A stretch of DNA of 64,000 nucleotides from Bispira polyomma (GCA_965649765.1 OZ287756.1:2480001-2544000); one strand, 5' to 3'. Shown: positions 13,013 to 24,914, counted from the stretch's first letter. Numbers and translations: made by a program. Notes: generated from the sequence alone by a model not told the origin.

Positions 13013-13289
13013 ATTGTTTCAATTGAAAAACCCCCCTTTAAAAATGTTGCATGTAAATAGGAACATCAAAACAATATGAATTCTACTATTTTGTGGAATT
13101 AATTAAAAAGTAAATTTAACTCCACCAAGTTAGATTGTGGGCACATTGCATGTTTTTATTTGACCAAATGGGGACACGTGTGTTGGTATTTCCTATACAA
13201 GAGAGGACATGGTGTGTGAGGTATGTCCTCAGTTAGAAGGTGTGCAACCATGCCCATGTCCTCAGTTTGAATGCGTAAACAAGCACAGA

Positions 13290-13810
13290 CCCACACAGAC
13301 TAACAAACCACTCATTTAATGAAAGGCCCAGGAAACAGCTTTAGTTCCTCCTGATGTAACTCCTCGCACACACACACAGACAGACCCACACAGACTAACA
13401 AACCACTCATTTAATGAGAGGCCCAGGAAACAACTTTAGTTCCTCCTGATGTAACTCCTCACACACACACACACACACAAACAACAAACCACTCACTTAA
13501 TCAGAGGCCCAGGAAACAGCTTTAGGTCCTCCAGATGTAAATCTTTACACACAGACACACACAAACAACAAACCACTCACTTAATCAGAGTCCCAGGAAA
13601 CAGCTTTAGGTCCTCCAGATGTAAATCTTCACACACAGACACACACACACACCCAGACAACAAACCACTCACTTAATCAGAGGCCCTGGGAATAGCTATC
13701 AGTTGGATGTAACTCCTCACACACACAGACAGACACACATACAGCAAACCACTCACTTAATCAGAGGCCCAGGGAATAGCTTCAGTTCCTCCAGATGTAA
13801 CTCCTCACAC
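13290..13810 (-). repeat. Tandem copies of SEC16 exon-13 3' end plus donor (five intronic copies here, a sixth at 3770-3845)
   Basis: Unit of ~85-95 bp made of ~55 nt of exon (EELHxEELKLFPGPLIK), GTGAGTGGTTTG and a (TG)n spacer. Confidence 0.95.
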
Positions 13811-13961
13811 ACCCCACTAGCCTCTGTGATCTCCACCGTGGCCGGCTGACCGTCCTGTGGCCGATTGGCCAGCACCTTGACCATGTGACCGTTGGGGGCA
13901 AAGCTGGCTCTGACGTGGGGGATGGTGTGTTTGTGGGGGGTACGCCGGGCCGGCTCGGGCT
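13757..13961 (-). CDS. SEC16: SEC16 coding exon 13, start of conserved central domain
   Basis: CACTTTCAG|AGCCC...ATTAA|GTGAGT; translates EPEPARRTPHKHTIPHVRASFAPNGHMVKVLANRPQDGQPATVEI...EELKLFPGPLIK, matching the Sec16 'PHV.A.F.P.G...P..GQPA.VE...FPGPL' signature. Confidence 0.95.
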
Positions 13962-14799
13962 CTGAAAGTGTGAGACAGAGATTGGTGTAGAGCTTTTTGT
14001 GTAGAGTAAGCTATCTAAAATTTACCACTGTATCTGAACTTTGCCACCTAGAAAATATTGTATTTTGGGGAAGAATTATGGGTAGTATTTGCTGAGATTG
14101 AGACTTTTGCCTGACTTACCAAAGTTCCAGTTAATTAAGCCAAGTTTTATTAATTTAGCTTAAATTTTGGGGGTGGCGAATTTAGATTTCTGGGGGATTT
14201 TAGATTCCTTAGTCTATTACTATTTTTTGCATAATATTTTTTTGTTTATTTTTACATCAAAACTGATATTTACACTGATTAGCCCCATTCATAATGGATT
14301 TCTCTTCAAAATCCACTTCACTATCTTTCACCCTTTTGACCCCTCGGTTGGTGAGAGATAAGTGGCTCTCAAAGTTTGTAACGGCTTTAATATAAAAGAC
14401 ATACTAGGGGTGTGACAAGGTGCCCGATTACTCAAAAAAGGGCCCAATTTGTTTGGCACACAAAGTGAAACTAGCAATTTGTGTATTTTTTTTACAATTA
14501 TAATTTATTACATTATCGCCTATACTCAAGAATTACTTGGTCAAAACAATAATTTTAGTCTAACTTTTGCATGTAATAATACATTCTCCTGATAATTTTC
14601 CAATATACCCGCAGATATTTGCCTAGTTTTTGTCAATAGATTTTGTCTACATCAGTCGCCATATTTCTAGACTGGTGTATGAGGTTGGTTCTAAATGCGT
14701 GCGTACCCAGGTTCAAGGCAGTAAGACATTTGCATTTCCTTGGACCCATCAAACCCCTTAGTCGAACACAACTTTTTTAATTGACTGCAATTTTATTTT

Positions 14800-15010
14800 G
14801 AATTTAGTTGGGTTTTACGTCACATTTAATAGCTTAGGTCATATCACGATGTCCAGATCCAATGGTGGAGAAAAGCAGTGCTGAAGCCACTGTAAACCAC
14901 CAACCTTTCCAACATAAATGAACGAATGGGATTCAAACCCACATCGGTGAGAGACTAGTGATTTAGCAAATTGTGCTTTGAAACACTCGTCTGTTAAGTG
15001 GTTAAAAGCC
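14800..15010 (-). mobile_element. SINE-like element (related 3' fragments at ~310-345 and ~1143-1175)
   Basis: B-box-like GGTTTGAATCCC on the minus strand; shared tail GTTGGGTTTTACGTC..TTT.A..AG.TTAGGTCAT. Confidence 0.55.
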
Positions 15011-15031
15011 ATCCCACACCAACATATCCAA

Positions 15032-15578
15032 GGGGCCATCCTCACAAAAAGTCTTAATTCAGTCTTAAGTTTAATTTATGTCTAAAACATTTAACACTGT
15101 CTACTGTTGGTCTTAGAGTTAAGAGCAAAGTTAACACTTAGCAAAGATCTTTTCTTACTGTCACTGGGACATTAAGACCAAACAGTTTCAGACAAAATCA
15201 AAGACCAATATCTTAAGGTTAAGGTACTTGGGCTGGTATTCTCAAACGTATACTCAGCTCAAACTCATACTCAACTCAAATCTGGATTCTCTATAACTCT
15301 GGATACAGGAAACATATCTTAAATCTGACTTTATCTTTGAGTTCAGTGTTAAAAGCTCTTTTAAAATGAATGGTCACAAGTATAGGTTATTTCCACGTAC
15401 AATGATTTCCACATGGCCTATATTTGAGTTGAGTATGAGTTTAAGCTGAGTATACGTTCGAGAATACGGGCCCAGATGTTTAAGTGATGGACTAACCTGA
15501 GTATGTCACTGTTAGTAAGACAAAATTAAAGACACAAATCTTTAGCTGAAGACTAAGACCTTTTTTAAATATGGTCCC
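15032..15578. mobile_element. MITE (GGGGCCAT.../...ATGGTCCC termini) containing a nested MITE
   Basis: Imperfect terminal inverted repeats with repeated GTCTTAA/TTAAGAC motifs. Confidence 0.55.
15230..15473. mobile_element. MITE with ~50-bp terminal inverted repeats
   Basis: GGGCTGGTATTCTCAAACGTATACTCAGCTCAAACTCATACTCAACTCAAAT versus ATTTGAGTTGAGTATGAGTTTAAGCTGAGTATACGTTCGAGAATACGGGCCC. Confidence 0.85.
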
Positions 15579-15753
15579 AGTTCCTGGTTCTGTTAGCTTT
15601 GCGATTAGGACTAAAGACTACCCCTAACCCTAATACCCCAGTTCCCTACCTGTGACTGGCTGCCCCAATATACCCCAGTTCCCTACCTGGTTTGGTTAGC
15701 TTTGGGGTTAGATCAAGGACCACCCCTAACCCTAATATACCCAAGTTCCCTAC

Positions 15754-15935
15754 CTATGACTGGCTGGGGAGCCACGTAGGACTCGTAACCCGCGTAGGAC
15801 TGATTGTACGACTGTTCGTAATACCCGTGGCGGGTGACATCCTGTCCCGAGTAGATAGGCGACTGCTCATAGGTGGCGCTGGCTCTGCTACTGGGGCGGG
15901 AGCCGCCCTGGTTGAACTCACGGGCAAAGTGGTCA
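15754..15935 (-). CDS. SEC16: SEC16 coding exon 12
   Basis: CCCACACAG|TGACCAC...GTCATAG|GTAGGG; 182 nt, phase 2-1 (DHFAREFNQGGSRPSSRAS...YVAPQPVI). Confidence 0.85.
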
Positions 15936-16947
15936 CTGTGTGGGAAATGAGACAGTGAGATATTATTGAGTACAGGTCTACTAAATGTAGGTGTACTTAA
16001 AATACATGTTTATCAAAGTATAAGTGTACTTAAAATACTGATTGTAATTTTCATGTTTATAAACTGAAACATAATATTAAAAACATATTTAATACTTCAA
16101 ACTGTACATATAACTCATATAACCATGCATATATATACAATTTTTTTTTATGTTATCATTCATACCAGGTAATACTAGGTACACCAGGTGATGACAGTTT
16201 GCCAAATCCTGAATTGGAATTTTTAATCTCATTGGCTGGGAGGGTTTATCGTCTAGGATACACAATACTGGCTCACCACAAGCCATTTAAACAAGGTAAT
16301 GCATCAAGCATCTAAGTCTATTGGGAAGTTGAAACGTAAATTTGCCTCGTTACCATTTATGCATATATGTACAACAGTACTTTAAGTAGGAGTTTCATAG
16401 AGAAACGATAACGATATTAGCACTTCCAGTACACCAATACATGAACTAAATGTATATGTATTTTTTTCTAATACATGTAATTTAAAATGGTTCAACCCAT
16501 CTGTTATGGGTTTCTTTAAAATTTTAGATTTAATTGCATCAGATGCCATATTGTATATACTGAACATACCAAATGTTACCAATACCCACATTTTTGTCAG
16601 TAATGTACTTATGATTACTCACTATACTTAGTCCCATTTTTTCGACCCTGAAATCTACTAATACATGACAGAGCTCTATTTTACTGTAAGACCCAATAAC
16701 CACTTTGACATGTTGGCCATTGTCTGACACTGGACACTCTATGTTATCTGTACAGAAAAACAATGTCCATTGACCATCTGTCGGCAGTCTGTATTACTGT
16801 ATTACTGTTTTACTTTTCCTTCTAATCCAATCTAATCTAGTGCTATTTAGGCGCTAAGTCTTCTCTACTTAAAAGTAACTACACCTTATCATCAATCTTA
16901 TCTATAAAAGACGGAACAAAGAGAACTAAAAAACTCTTTTAATGAAA

Positions 16948-18975
16948 CAACAAGAGCAGTGCGGCCCGCGGCCGCTGACTAGTTTGCCAAGAGTGAGACC
17001 CAATTTCTGGGCCGCATAATCGATTTTAAAATTTTATTATAAAACAGTAAACAAAATAAGAATCAAGCGGAAGTTCATAAGAACAATTCTTAGCCAAGGT
17101 CTGTTAGTATGAAGCGATTTCATTGATAAGAAGACTGCTGTATATTTTTTGGGTGAACTGTTTGTTTAAATGCCGAAAACTGGAGTGGACCGGATTTTGG
17201 TATTTGGATTAACCATGTATAAAAACTTTTAATGCTTATATCTCCCTTAATAATTGTCCGATTTTAAAAATTCTTTCAGTTTTGTGATCAGTAACACAGG
17301 TGGAGACAAACTACATAATCAATGTCCTAGTATTTGGACTTTTAAAAATCGGAACGAAGAGCATGGGCGAAAATTGAAAAATTTCAGATTTTAGCACACA
17401 AACTATCACTACTAAACTGGTATTACAACTATTAGGCGTCAATTTATCACATAATCACTCTTCATAATTAATTTATGGCATATGTCTCACTATTTAGAAG
17501 TTTATTTTCAACATTGGCAATATTTGCAGTCTTACGAAAATGAGCCGCTTATAAAATAATAATGCATTTTTAACGCGCTTTATTGATGCCAGGCATCTTC
17601 TAAAGTGCAACAGCAGAATCAGTGATCCAAGTGAGCTTATATCATAAATAACAACCACATGTCATTTTGGATATATAGTCCCAATTAGTACTACAACTAT
17701 TGAGTAGCTATTTCATCACATAATCACCCTTCATATTAAATTATATGGTAAATGTTTTGCTATTTAGAAGTTTTTTTCGTCATTAGCTGTTTAAACTGTA
17801 AAAACAGCCCCTTATACCATATATAACAACATACTTTTTTTTGTGTGTAGGCAGAATTCACAGTAAAAGATGTATATAATAATTATGTATAATATAAAGA
17901 CTACTATCTCAGTGTATATTGAATGAAATATTATTTTGTAAAAGGACCAGAAAGTGTATTAATTACTCTTTCATGACACATAAATCTTTAAATTTTAGCT
18001 TTAGTAACCACAGAGAAATCATAGTTTGATCAGTGCCTATTCATCTCCAAACTTTTAAGATTTTTACAACAATTTCTTCACAAAGCTCAACTAATATTTA
18101 TTGGATTTGGAAACAGTTGGAAGTGTCGCAAAGCACCAAATAATAGCTTTTTGGGGATACAAAAACTAAAATTTAAGGTTAAATATTGATGAAGATGGGG
18201 CCATTTAATGAAATGGTCCATTTTTATTGTAACAATAAAAACCGGGACCTTTAAAAACGTGCGCAGAGGAAATTTTGGTTCCCTTGTTGTCGTCTGTAAT
18301 ACTTGTGAACGATCTTGTTGCAGGTAACTTACGTCATAAACCAAATACTTCAAAACGAAGTTGTATGAAGCAAGGGACATCCCAACTTTCGTGTTCAAAT
18401 CCAACTCCGTTAAACAACTAAAATGGCTTTTTTTTAATAATACATTATTATGTAGAAGCATCCCACGTTTCTGTGCAAGATTACAATAATTTTTTTTAAT
18501 CTTTAAATAACACATCTGTTAGCTACAAAAAATAATAAAAAATCCGTAAGCGGGACGTGAACTCGGACCCTTCATCTTCAAACCATACAGTTGAAGATGA
18601 TGAGTATATAAATAGACAGATATGTGTACGTGATATGCCGACAACTGGCGAAGTTTCGTTTTTCTGATTGGCCAGCTATATATTCGTGCTTTGACGGAAA
18701 TAACCGAAGATATCTCGGGGATATATATTGTTTACAATATTTTATTCTCATAAAAAGCCCAATATTCGCAGATTCGTTATTTGAATCGATCCCAAAAAAA
18801 ATCTGTAAGCACAAGAGCTTCAATTCTAGAATCGATGCGAATTTCAGACCATAGCTCTCTACCAGTTTTGAGATTTGCTTGTCGACACGATTTCCACACT
18901 TTCTTCATCTTTTCCACCTCTGGTATGAACTAGTTTGCACATGCGCAGACTTGCACAATGTGCAAACTAATTAAA
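16948..18975 (-). mobile_element. Non-autonomous Helentron-associated (HINE/DINE-like) element
   Basis: On the minus strand: T-run, subTIR TAGTTTGC with nearby inverted copy GCAAACTAGT at the 5' end; GCAAACTAGT followed by a GC-rich hairpin (CAGCGGCCGCGGGCCGCACTG) and CTCTTGTT at the 3' end; internal direct repeat at ~17430-17540 and ~17700-17810. Confidence 0.65.
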
Positions 18976-19667
18976 AATGAAGCGTCCCCAAGACCACAGA
19001 AATACACCTGCACCACTGGATACACCTTAGTAGCGGAAAAACAAGCTTTGTATCACTGTGTCACACCCATATTGACATATCGGCTGTTAGTCAATAAAAG
19101 TCACATAAAAATTCAAGATGGCCACTGAAATAGGAAATTCTGACTATTTTCAAAGTGGGCGGAAATTGTTTTCCGTCCCTACAATGACCTTAAAAATTTG
19201 AAAGGGGAATGACAGACCCATAGAGGATATATCTATATTTGTTCCATCTACTCTTAATAGACAAACACTACACACGCATTACAATTAACATTAAGTTAAC
19301 TTAAACTTAAGGTCACTATATGCAAACTGATGGTCAACTTAAAGCAACCACTTATTTAAGGTGAACACATTACGGTAAGCTTAAAGAGGAGCCAGGTTCG
19401 ATGAGAGGGACTTGAAAATAAAACGAATACTTTGTTAGGTTAACTGTTCAAGTCATACTGGTGTGACACCACAGTGGGTTGTAATTGTTATTAAACCAAC
19501 AGTAAAGAAGATAGAAAACTTAAGTTGAGATAGAAAATTTTAGGGACCTTGAAACAGGGGTTTCATCACAGCAATGAAAAGATGCTTTAACAAACCCCAA
19601 CTAACCAAATTATTGCTTACTAAAGATGCTTAATTAACAAACTAGTGCCTAATCTAATGGGATCTAC

Positions 19668-19943
19668 CCTCTAACAGTGAGTGGGTCAGCAGACAGTAGT
19701 TTGGTGCGTGTTTGGAGGACAAAGTCTTGGATACAGCTGGCTATGCACCCAATGAACCCCATCTCCCCCCTGTGGTTTCCATGGTGACCTGTGTCTAGAT
19801 GATTGCTAGTGATAGAGAGGCTGGCACTGGCCGCTTCTTGTAAGATGTCAAACAGTGGCCCCTCTAGTGGAGAGCTGTGGTCTACCCCTTCGTGTAGTAC
19901 ACAGGGGGAGGGGCTATCTAGAGTGGTACTGTTCATCAGGGGC
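19668..19943 (-). CDS. SEC16: SEC16 candidate coding exon 11 (possibly alternative cassette)
   Basis: CCCATTCAG|GCCCC...AGAGG|GTAGAT; 276 nt, phase 2-2, open and GC-richer than its flanks. Donor is weak and skipping keeps the frame. Confidence 0.55.
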
Positions 19944-20625
19944 CTGAATGGGCAGGTTTAGACACACATTTCTCAGACAATTCTCGCAACAGCGTTTTTT
20001 TGTTTACATACATTTTCCAAGATGGCAGAAATTTGTTGAAGAATTGTCGTTTTAAATGTGTTAAAAAGAAAGAAGTGGCCCAGTGGCCACATACTAGAGT
20101 GTGCTATCTGCATACACGTACAACACATGGGCGAAATGTCTGATTAAAAAATGGGGCAAATCATCGAGCATTTTCTTGAAAGCATACAGTCACTACAGGT
20201 TGAATTGATGACTGAAAGTATTTGACTCAAGTACCCATCATCGGCAAAATACACATACTTTCAATCAGAGCAAAGCTTCTTACCAGTTCCCAGATTTGCT
20301 TGTTAACAAGGTACATGCAAACGGATCGGTAAGTATACAGACAGCTTGCGCATGCGCTGGTTAAAAACTATATCCTCAATTCACATAAATTATAACAAAC
20401 TATCCTTGGGTCACTACACACATCACAATATTTATTATGAACAAATTCCATATACTTTTGGCAGTAGAACCTTTTTGGGGAAATCCACATGCTCTTGTTG
20501 TACGCTTTTGTTAATGTTTTATGTATCACCAGATGGCATAAGGTAGGACCCAAATAAACAGAATCTGGAGTACTTTCCCTTGAGTGGACTCTACTGTTAT
20601 TACAGGCACTACTAGATGTACTTAC

Positions 20626-20799
20626 GCCCCACTGTTGCTGGTGTAGGCCGGGTGGTCAAAGCCTGGAGTACTTCCCCTTGAGTGGACACTCCGTCTATCA
20701 TCGTAGGAGCTATCGTAGGACTGCTGTTGGTAGTAACCGTGGCGACTGTAGTAATCCAGCTGTTGCTGGGTGTAATGATGACCACTGTACTGGTCATAG
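20626..20799 (-). CDS. SEC16: SEC16 coding exon 10
   Basis: TTTTGACAG|CTATGA...GGGGC|GTAAGT; 174 nt, phase 2-2 (YDQYSGHHYTQQ...DDRRSVHSRGSTPG). Confidence 0.85.
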
Positions 20800-21025
20800 C
20801 TGTCAAAACAATAGCCACAATTGGTGAAGGTTAGGCAGGTGATGAGCAGCTTCTGGTTTTCTTGCTCAATGTTGTTCATATTATATTCAGTACTTTCAAC
20901 AATATTGCCTAACAAAAAACAACATCGTAAATTATAAATAGTAGAAATTTGTTCGAAAAGAGATTTTTTTCATTTGCTAGTCAGAACTTTCTGTCCCAGT
21001 GATAGTTGAAGTTTAACTCAAGACA

Positions 21026-24000
21026 AGTCTACACCCACACAGGGTCAGTGAATGAGGTCTACACCCACACAGGGTCAGTGAATGAGGTCTACACCCACAC
21101 AGGGTCAGTGAATGAGGTCTACACCCACACAGGGTCAGTGAATGAGGTCTACACCCACACAGGGTCAGTGAATGAGGTCTACACCCACACAGGGTCAGTG
21201 AATGAGGTCTACACCCACACAGGGTCAGTGAATGAGGTCTACACCCACACAGGGTCAGTGAATGAGGTCTACACCCACACAGGGTCAGTGAATGAGGTCT
21301 ACACCCACACAGGGTCAGTGAATGAGGTCTACACCCACACAGGGTCAGTGAATGAGGTCTACACCCACACAGGGTCAGTGAAATGAGGTCTACACCCACA
21401 CAGGGTCAGTGAATGAGGTCTACACCCACACAGGGTCAGTGAATGAGGTCTACACCCACACAGGGTCAGTGAATGAGGTCTACACCCACACAGGGTCAGT
21501 GAATGAGGTCTACACCCACACAGGGTCAGTGAATGAGGTCTACACCCACACAGGGTCAGTGAATGAGGTCTACACCCACACAGGGTCAGTGAATGAGGTC
21601 TACACCCACACAGGGTCAGTGAAATGAGGTCTACACCCACACAGGGTCAGTGAATGAGGTCTACACCCACACAGGGTCAGTGAAATGAGGTCTACACCCA
21701 CACAGGGTCAGTGAAATGAGGTCTACACCCACACAGGGTCAGTGAAATGAGGTCTACACCCACACAGGGTCAGTGAATGAGGTCTACACCCACACAGGGT
21801 CAGTGAATGAGGTTTACACCCACACAGGGTCAGTGAATGAGGTTTACACCCACACAGGGTCAGTGAATGAGGTCTACACCCACACAAGGTCAGTGAATGA
21901 GGTCTACACCCACACAGGGTCAGTGAAATGAGGTCTACACCCACACAGGGTCAGTGAATGAGGTCTACACCCACACAAGGTCAGTGAATGAGGTCTACAC
22001 CCACACAGGGTCAGTGAATGAGGTCTACACCCACACAGGGTCAGTGAATGAGGTTTACACCCACACAGGGTCAGTGAATGAGGTCTACACCCACACAGGG
22101 TCAGTGAATGAGGTTTACACCCACACAGGGTCAGTGAATGAGGTTTACACCCACACAGGGTCAGTGAATGAGGTCTACACCCACACAGGGTCAGTGAAAT
22201 GAGGTTTACACCCACACAGGGTCAGTGAAATGAGGTTTACACCCACACAGGGTCAGTGAATGAGGTCTACACCCACACAGGGTCAGTGAAATGAGGTCTA
22301 CACCCACACAGGGTCAGTGAATGAGGTCTACACCCACATAGGGTCAGTGAATGAGGTCTACACCCACACAGGGTCAGTGAATGAGGTTTACACCCACACA
22401 GGGTCAGTGAATGAGGTCTACACCCACACAAGGTCAGTGAATGAGGTCTACACCCACACAAGGTCAGTGAATGAGGTCTACACCCACACAAGGTCAGTGA
22501 ATGAGGTCTACACCCACACAGGGTCAGTGAATGAGGTCTACACCCACACAGGGTCAGTGAATGAGGTCTACACCCACACAGGGTCAGTGAATGAGGTCTA
22601 CACCCACACAGGGTCAGTGAATGAGGTTTACACCCACACAGGGTCAGTGAATGAGGTCTACACCCACACAAGGTCAGTGAATGAGGTCTACACCCACACA
22701 AGGTCAGTGAATGAGGTCTACACCCACACAGGGTCAGTGAATGAGGTCTACACCCACACAGGGTCAGTGAATGAGGTTTACACCCACACAGGGTCAGTGA
22801 ATGAGGTCTACACCCACACAGGGTCAGTGAATGAGGTTTACACCCACACAGGGTCAGTGAATGAGGTCTACACCCACACAGGGTCAGTGAATGAGGTTTA
22901 CACCCACACAGGGTCAGTGAATGAGGTTTACACCCACACAGGGTCAGTGAATGAGGTTTACACCCACACAGGGTCAGTGAATGAGGTCTACACCCACACA
23001 GGGTCAGTGAAATGAGGTTTACACCCACACAGGGTCAGTGAATGAGGTCTACACCCACACAGGGTCAGTGAATGAGGTCTACACCCACACAGGGTCAGTG
23101 AATGAGGTTTACACCCACACAGGGTCAGTGAATGAGGTTTACACCCACACAGGGTCAGTGAAATGAGGTCTACACCCACACAGGGTCAGTGAAATGAGGT
23201 CTACACCCACACAGGGTCAGTGAAATGAGGTCTACACCCACACAGGGTCAGTGAAATGAGGTCTACACCCACACAGGGTCAGTGAATGAGGTCTACACCC
23301 ACACAGGGTCAGTGAAATGAGGTCTACACCCACACAGGGTCAGTGAATGAGGTCTACACCCACATAGGGTCAGTGAAATGAGGTCTACACCCACACAGGG
23401 TCAGTGAATGAGGTCTACACCCACACAGGGTCAGTGAATGAGGTCTACACCCACACAGGGTCAGTGAATGAGGTCTACACCCACACAGGGTCAGTGAAAT
23501 GAGGTCTACACCCACACAGGGTCAGTGAATGAGGTCTACACCCACACAGGGTCAGTGAATGAGGTCTACACCCACACAGGGTCAGTGAAATGAGGTCTAC
23601 ACCCACACAGGGTCAGTGAATGAGGTCTACACCCACACAGGGTCAGTGAAATGAGGTCTACACCCACACAGGGTCAGTGAATGAGGTCTACACCCACACA
23701 GGGTCAGTGAAATGAGGTCTACACCCACACAGGGTCAGTGAAATGAGGTCTACACCCACACAGGGTCAGTGAATGAGGTCTACACCCACATAGGGTCAGT
23801 GAAATGAGGTCTACACCCACACAGGGTCAGTGAATGAGGTCTACACCCACACAGGGTCAGTGAATGAGGTCTACACCCACACAGGGTCAGTGAATGAGGT
23901 CTACACCCACACAGGGTCAGTGAAATGAGGTCTACACCCACACAGGGTCAGTGAATGAGGTCTACACCCACACAGGGTCAGTGAATGAGGTCTACACCCA

Positions 24001-24600
24001 CACAGGGTCAGTGAAATGAGGTCTACACCCACACAGGGTCAGTGAATGAGGTCTACACCCACACAGGGTCAGTGAATGAGGCCTACACCCACACAGGGTC
24101 AGTGAAATGAGGTCTACACCCACACAGGGTCAGTGAATGAGGTCTACACCCACACAGGGTCAGTGAAATGAGGTCTACACCCACACAGGGTCAGTGAATG
24201 AGGTCTACACCCACACAGGGTCAGTGAATGAGGTCTACACCCACACAGGGTCAGTGAAATGAGGTCTACACCCACACAGGGTCAGTGAATGAGGTCTACA
24301 CCCACACAGGGTCAGTGAAATGAGGTCTACACCCACACAGGGTCAGTGAATGAGGTCTACACCCACACAGGGTCAGTGAAATGAGGTCTACACCCACACA
24401 GGGTCAGTGAAATGAGGTCTACACCCACACAGGGTCAGTGAATGAGGTCTACACCCACACAGGGTCAGTGAAATGAGGTCTACACCCACACAGGGTCAGT
24501 GAATGAGGTCTACACCCACACAGGGTCAGTGAATGAGGTCTACACCCACACAGGGTCAGTGAATGAGGTCTACACCCACACAGGGTCAGTGAATGAGGTT
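21026..24600. repeat. 30-bp minisatellite GTCTACACCCACACAGGGTCAGTGAATGAG, ~118 copies
   Basis: Direct tandem repeat with 31-bp (+A) and single-base variants; no spacers. Confidence 0.99.
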
Positions 24601-24914
24601 CTGACTTGATACACTAGAACCTTATGCATCCACACATGTTGAGAGAGAGTTAGATTTTGTTTAGATAATAGAAGGTTCATAATATAGAAGCGGCATTTGT
24701 TGTAGTAAACAAATAGGAAAACATCAATTGGGCAGAGTGGAACATGGTTATAAAATTGGATATACAAGTACTACAAGTTTGGAAAATAGAAGTTTGGAAA
24801 ATAGAAGTTTGAAAAATAAAAGTCCTGTTGTACTTGAATTCAGCATTGCAAGTTCTGTGACTGCATTTCACACTTGGCATCCGCCCTTGATATCATTACT
24901 ATAAAGAAATGTAA

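Larger units (their letters stand above)
3856..13280. mobile_element. Putative ~9.4-kb composite insertion with GAGGAC-motif termini, splitting the exon-13 junction array
   Basis: Imperfect terminal inverted repeats GTTTATGGTGTAGATCGAGGACGTAGG / rc GTTTACGCATTCAAACTGAGGACATGGG. The same exon-derived repeat unit lies directly outside both ends. Confidence 0.5.

Noticed and set aside
13290-13756. Mutually exclusive alternative exons (Dscam-like cluster)
   Set aside because: Copies include only the last ~55 nt of the exon, are preceded by (TG)n rather than an acceptor, and some carry indels or stops. Read-through from the exon hits TGA immediately.
15620-15735. Telomeric (CCCTAA)n seed
   Set aside because: Only two hexamers per site, duplicated as part of the exon-12 junction echo; similar short motifs near 48075-48120 are also too few.
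21026-24600. CRISPR array, or protein-coding repeats (NEVYTHTGSV / LCGCRPHSLT ORFs)
   Set aside because: Units are contiguous with no unique spacers, there are no cas genes and the context is a eukaryotic intron. The ORFs arise from a stop-free 30-bp unit and are repeatedly frameshifted by +A variants.
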